NCBI RefSeq assembly: GCF_001194135.2
Contig: NC_068988.1
Coordinates: 27,533,317-27,597,316 of the forward strand
Direction of reading: 5' to 3'
Origin: Octopus bimaculoides
Lineage: Eukaryota
Length of the DNA stretch: 64,000 nucleotides
The notes under the pieces were generated by a model. That model saw only the letters and a list, made by a program, of their open reading frames with translations, was not told the origin of the DNA and did no database searches. A program made the translations under genes and the position numbers. This document shows, one piece after another, positions 63,131 to 64,000 of the stretch (its first letter is position 1; each line of letters opens with the position of its first letter).

Positions 63131-63792
63131 GATAAACAGTCTCTTAAAAGTTTCTCCATTCCATTAACATTTCCAAAGATTTTTTTTTTAATTACTTTTT
63201 TTTAAAATAATTGTATAATATTTTCCACTTTTATTCTCAAGAAAAGTAATTAGAAAACGCTCGATACTTATATGCTTTCTGTGTCTTCAATTTCTTTTTT
63301 TTTTTTTTAAATTACTCAGAAATGTTGATCCCTATGATATTTCAATTAGTCTATTTTCTTATTTTCTCTTAATTTTCCTTGAAAATCGAAATATCTCCTC
63401 AGATGACTTATATTTTTAGGAAGCCAATATATATTTATTAAAAATTTTTCCAGTGTCTCTTAAATGTCGAAGCTCGCTAAACATCCTCCTTTTCAGTGTG
63501 GTTTTCTTCCACCTGTACGCCTAAGCCTATTTCAATTTGAAAGGAAAACTGATTTTCTCTTCAGTTGATGTATTGTGTGTATAGCAAACGTGTAAGAGGC
63601 ACACTCATAATATAAATGACCTTGAAGGATTGAAGAAAACAGCTTAACTATACACTACACTGTAAAGTATTCAGCCACATACACACACACACATATATAC
63701 ATATATATAATACAAAGAATATATATACATGTATACACACATATATGTACATACTTACATCTACATGTGTATATATATGCATATCAGGGTAC

Positions 63793-64000
63793 AGGACGTT
63801 AGAACAATGAACTACAGACAACGGAACGAACACATAGGAAAACGGAAAGCCACTTGGAATATTCCTTCATCAGCTGTCTCTATTCTAACTAGACGTTTCG
63901 AAGATAAAGAATAGAGACAGCTGATGAAGGAATATTCCAAGTGACTTTCCGTTTTCCTATGTGTTCGTTCGTTGTCTGTAGTTCATTGTTCTAACGTCCT
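63793..64000. repeat. Long inverted repeat (94/93-bp arms, 21-nt spacer), possibly Penelope-like pLTR-derived; runs off the window edge
   Basis: 63793-63886 is the reverse complement of 63908-64000 with one substitution and one 1-nt indel. The spacer carries CGAAACGTC on the minus strand and the arms carry CTGATGA. Confidence 0.9.

Overview
AT-rich eukaryotic DNA, mostly intronic, with nine N-gaps and dense interspersed repeats. It contains several tRNA-derived SINE families, RTE and CR1-group LINE relics, piggyBac, mariner and hAT relics and MITEs, a Helentron-type HINE, foldback elements and many microsatellites. The repeat set and (GAT)n tails point to an octopus genome; this is inference from recalled repeat types, with no database search. 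One well-supported coding exon (23711-23904, +) resembles the N-terminal SESP..RPW exon of RING E3 ligases RNF38/RNF44. No other RNF38 exon was found, so most of the window is probably its introns. A CpG-rich candidate ATG exon lies at 56641-56727. The most notable signal is a type I hammerhead ribozyme with an intact core (35159-35232, sense to the host gene, next to a gap). Three more hammerhead-like remnants have different flanks (about 3.4 kb, 42.0 kb, and inside a 94-bp-arm inverted repeat at the window end), suggesting several Penelope-like or retrozyme families. Family labels A, B, C, D, E, F, G, H are my own within-window names. Repeat coordinates are approximate (about +/-15 bp) unless TSDs or TIRs are given. 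Almost all ORFs in the supplied track are artefacts of N-gaps, microsatellites or repeats.
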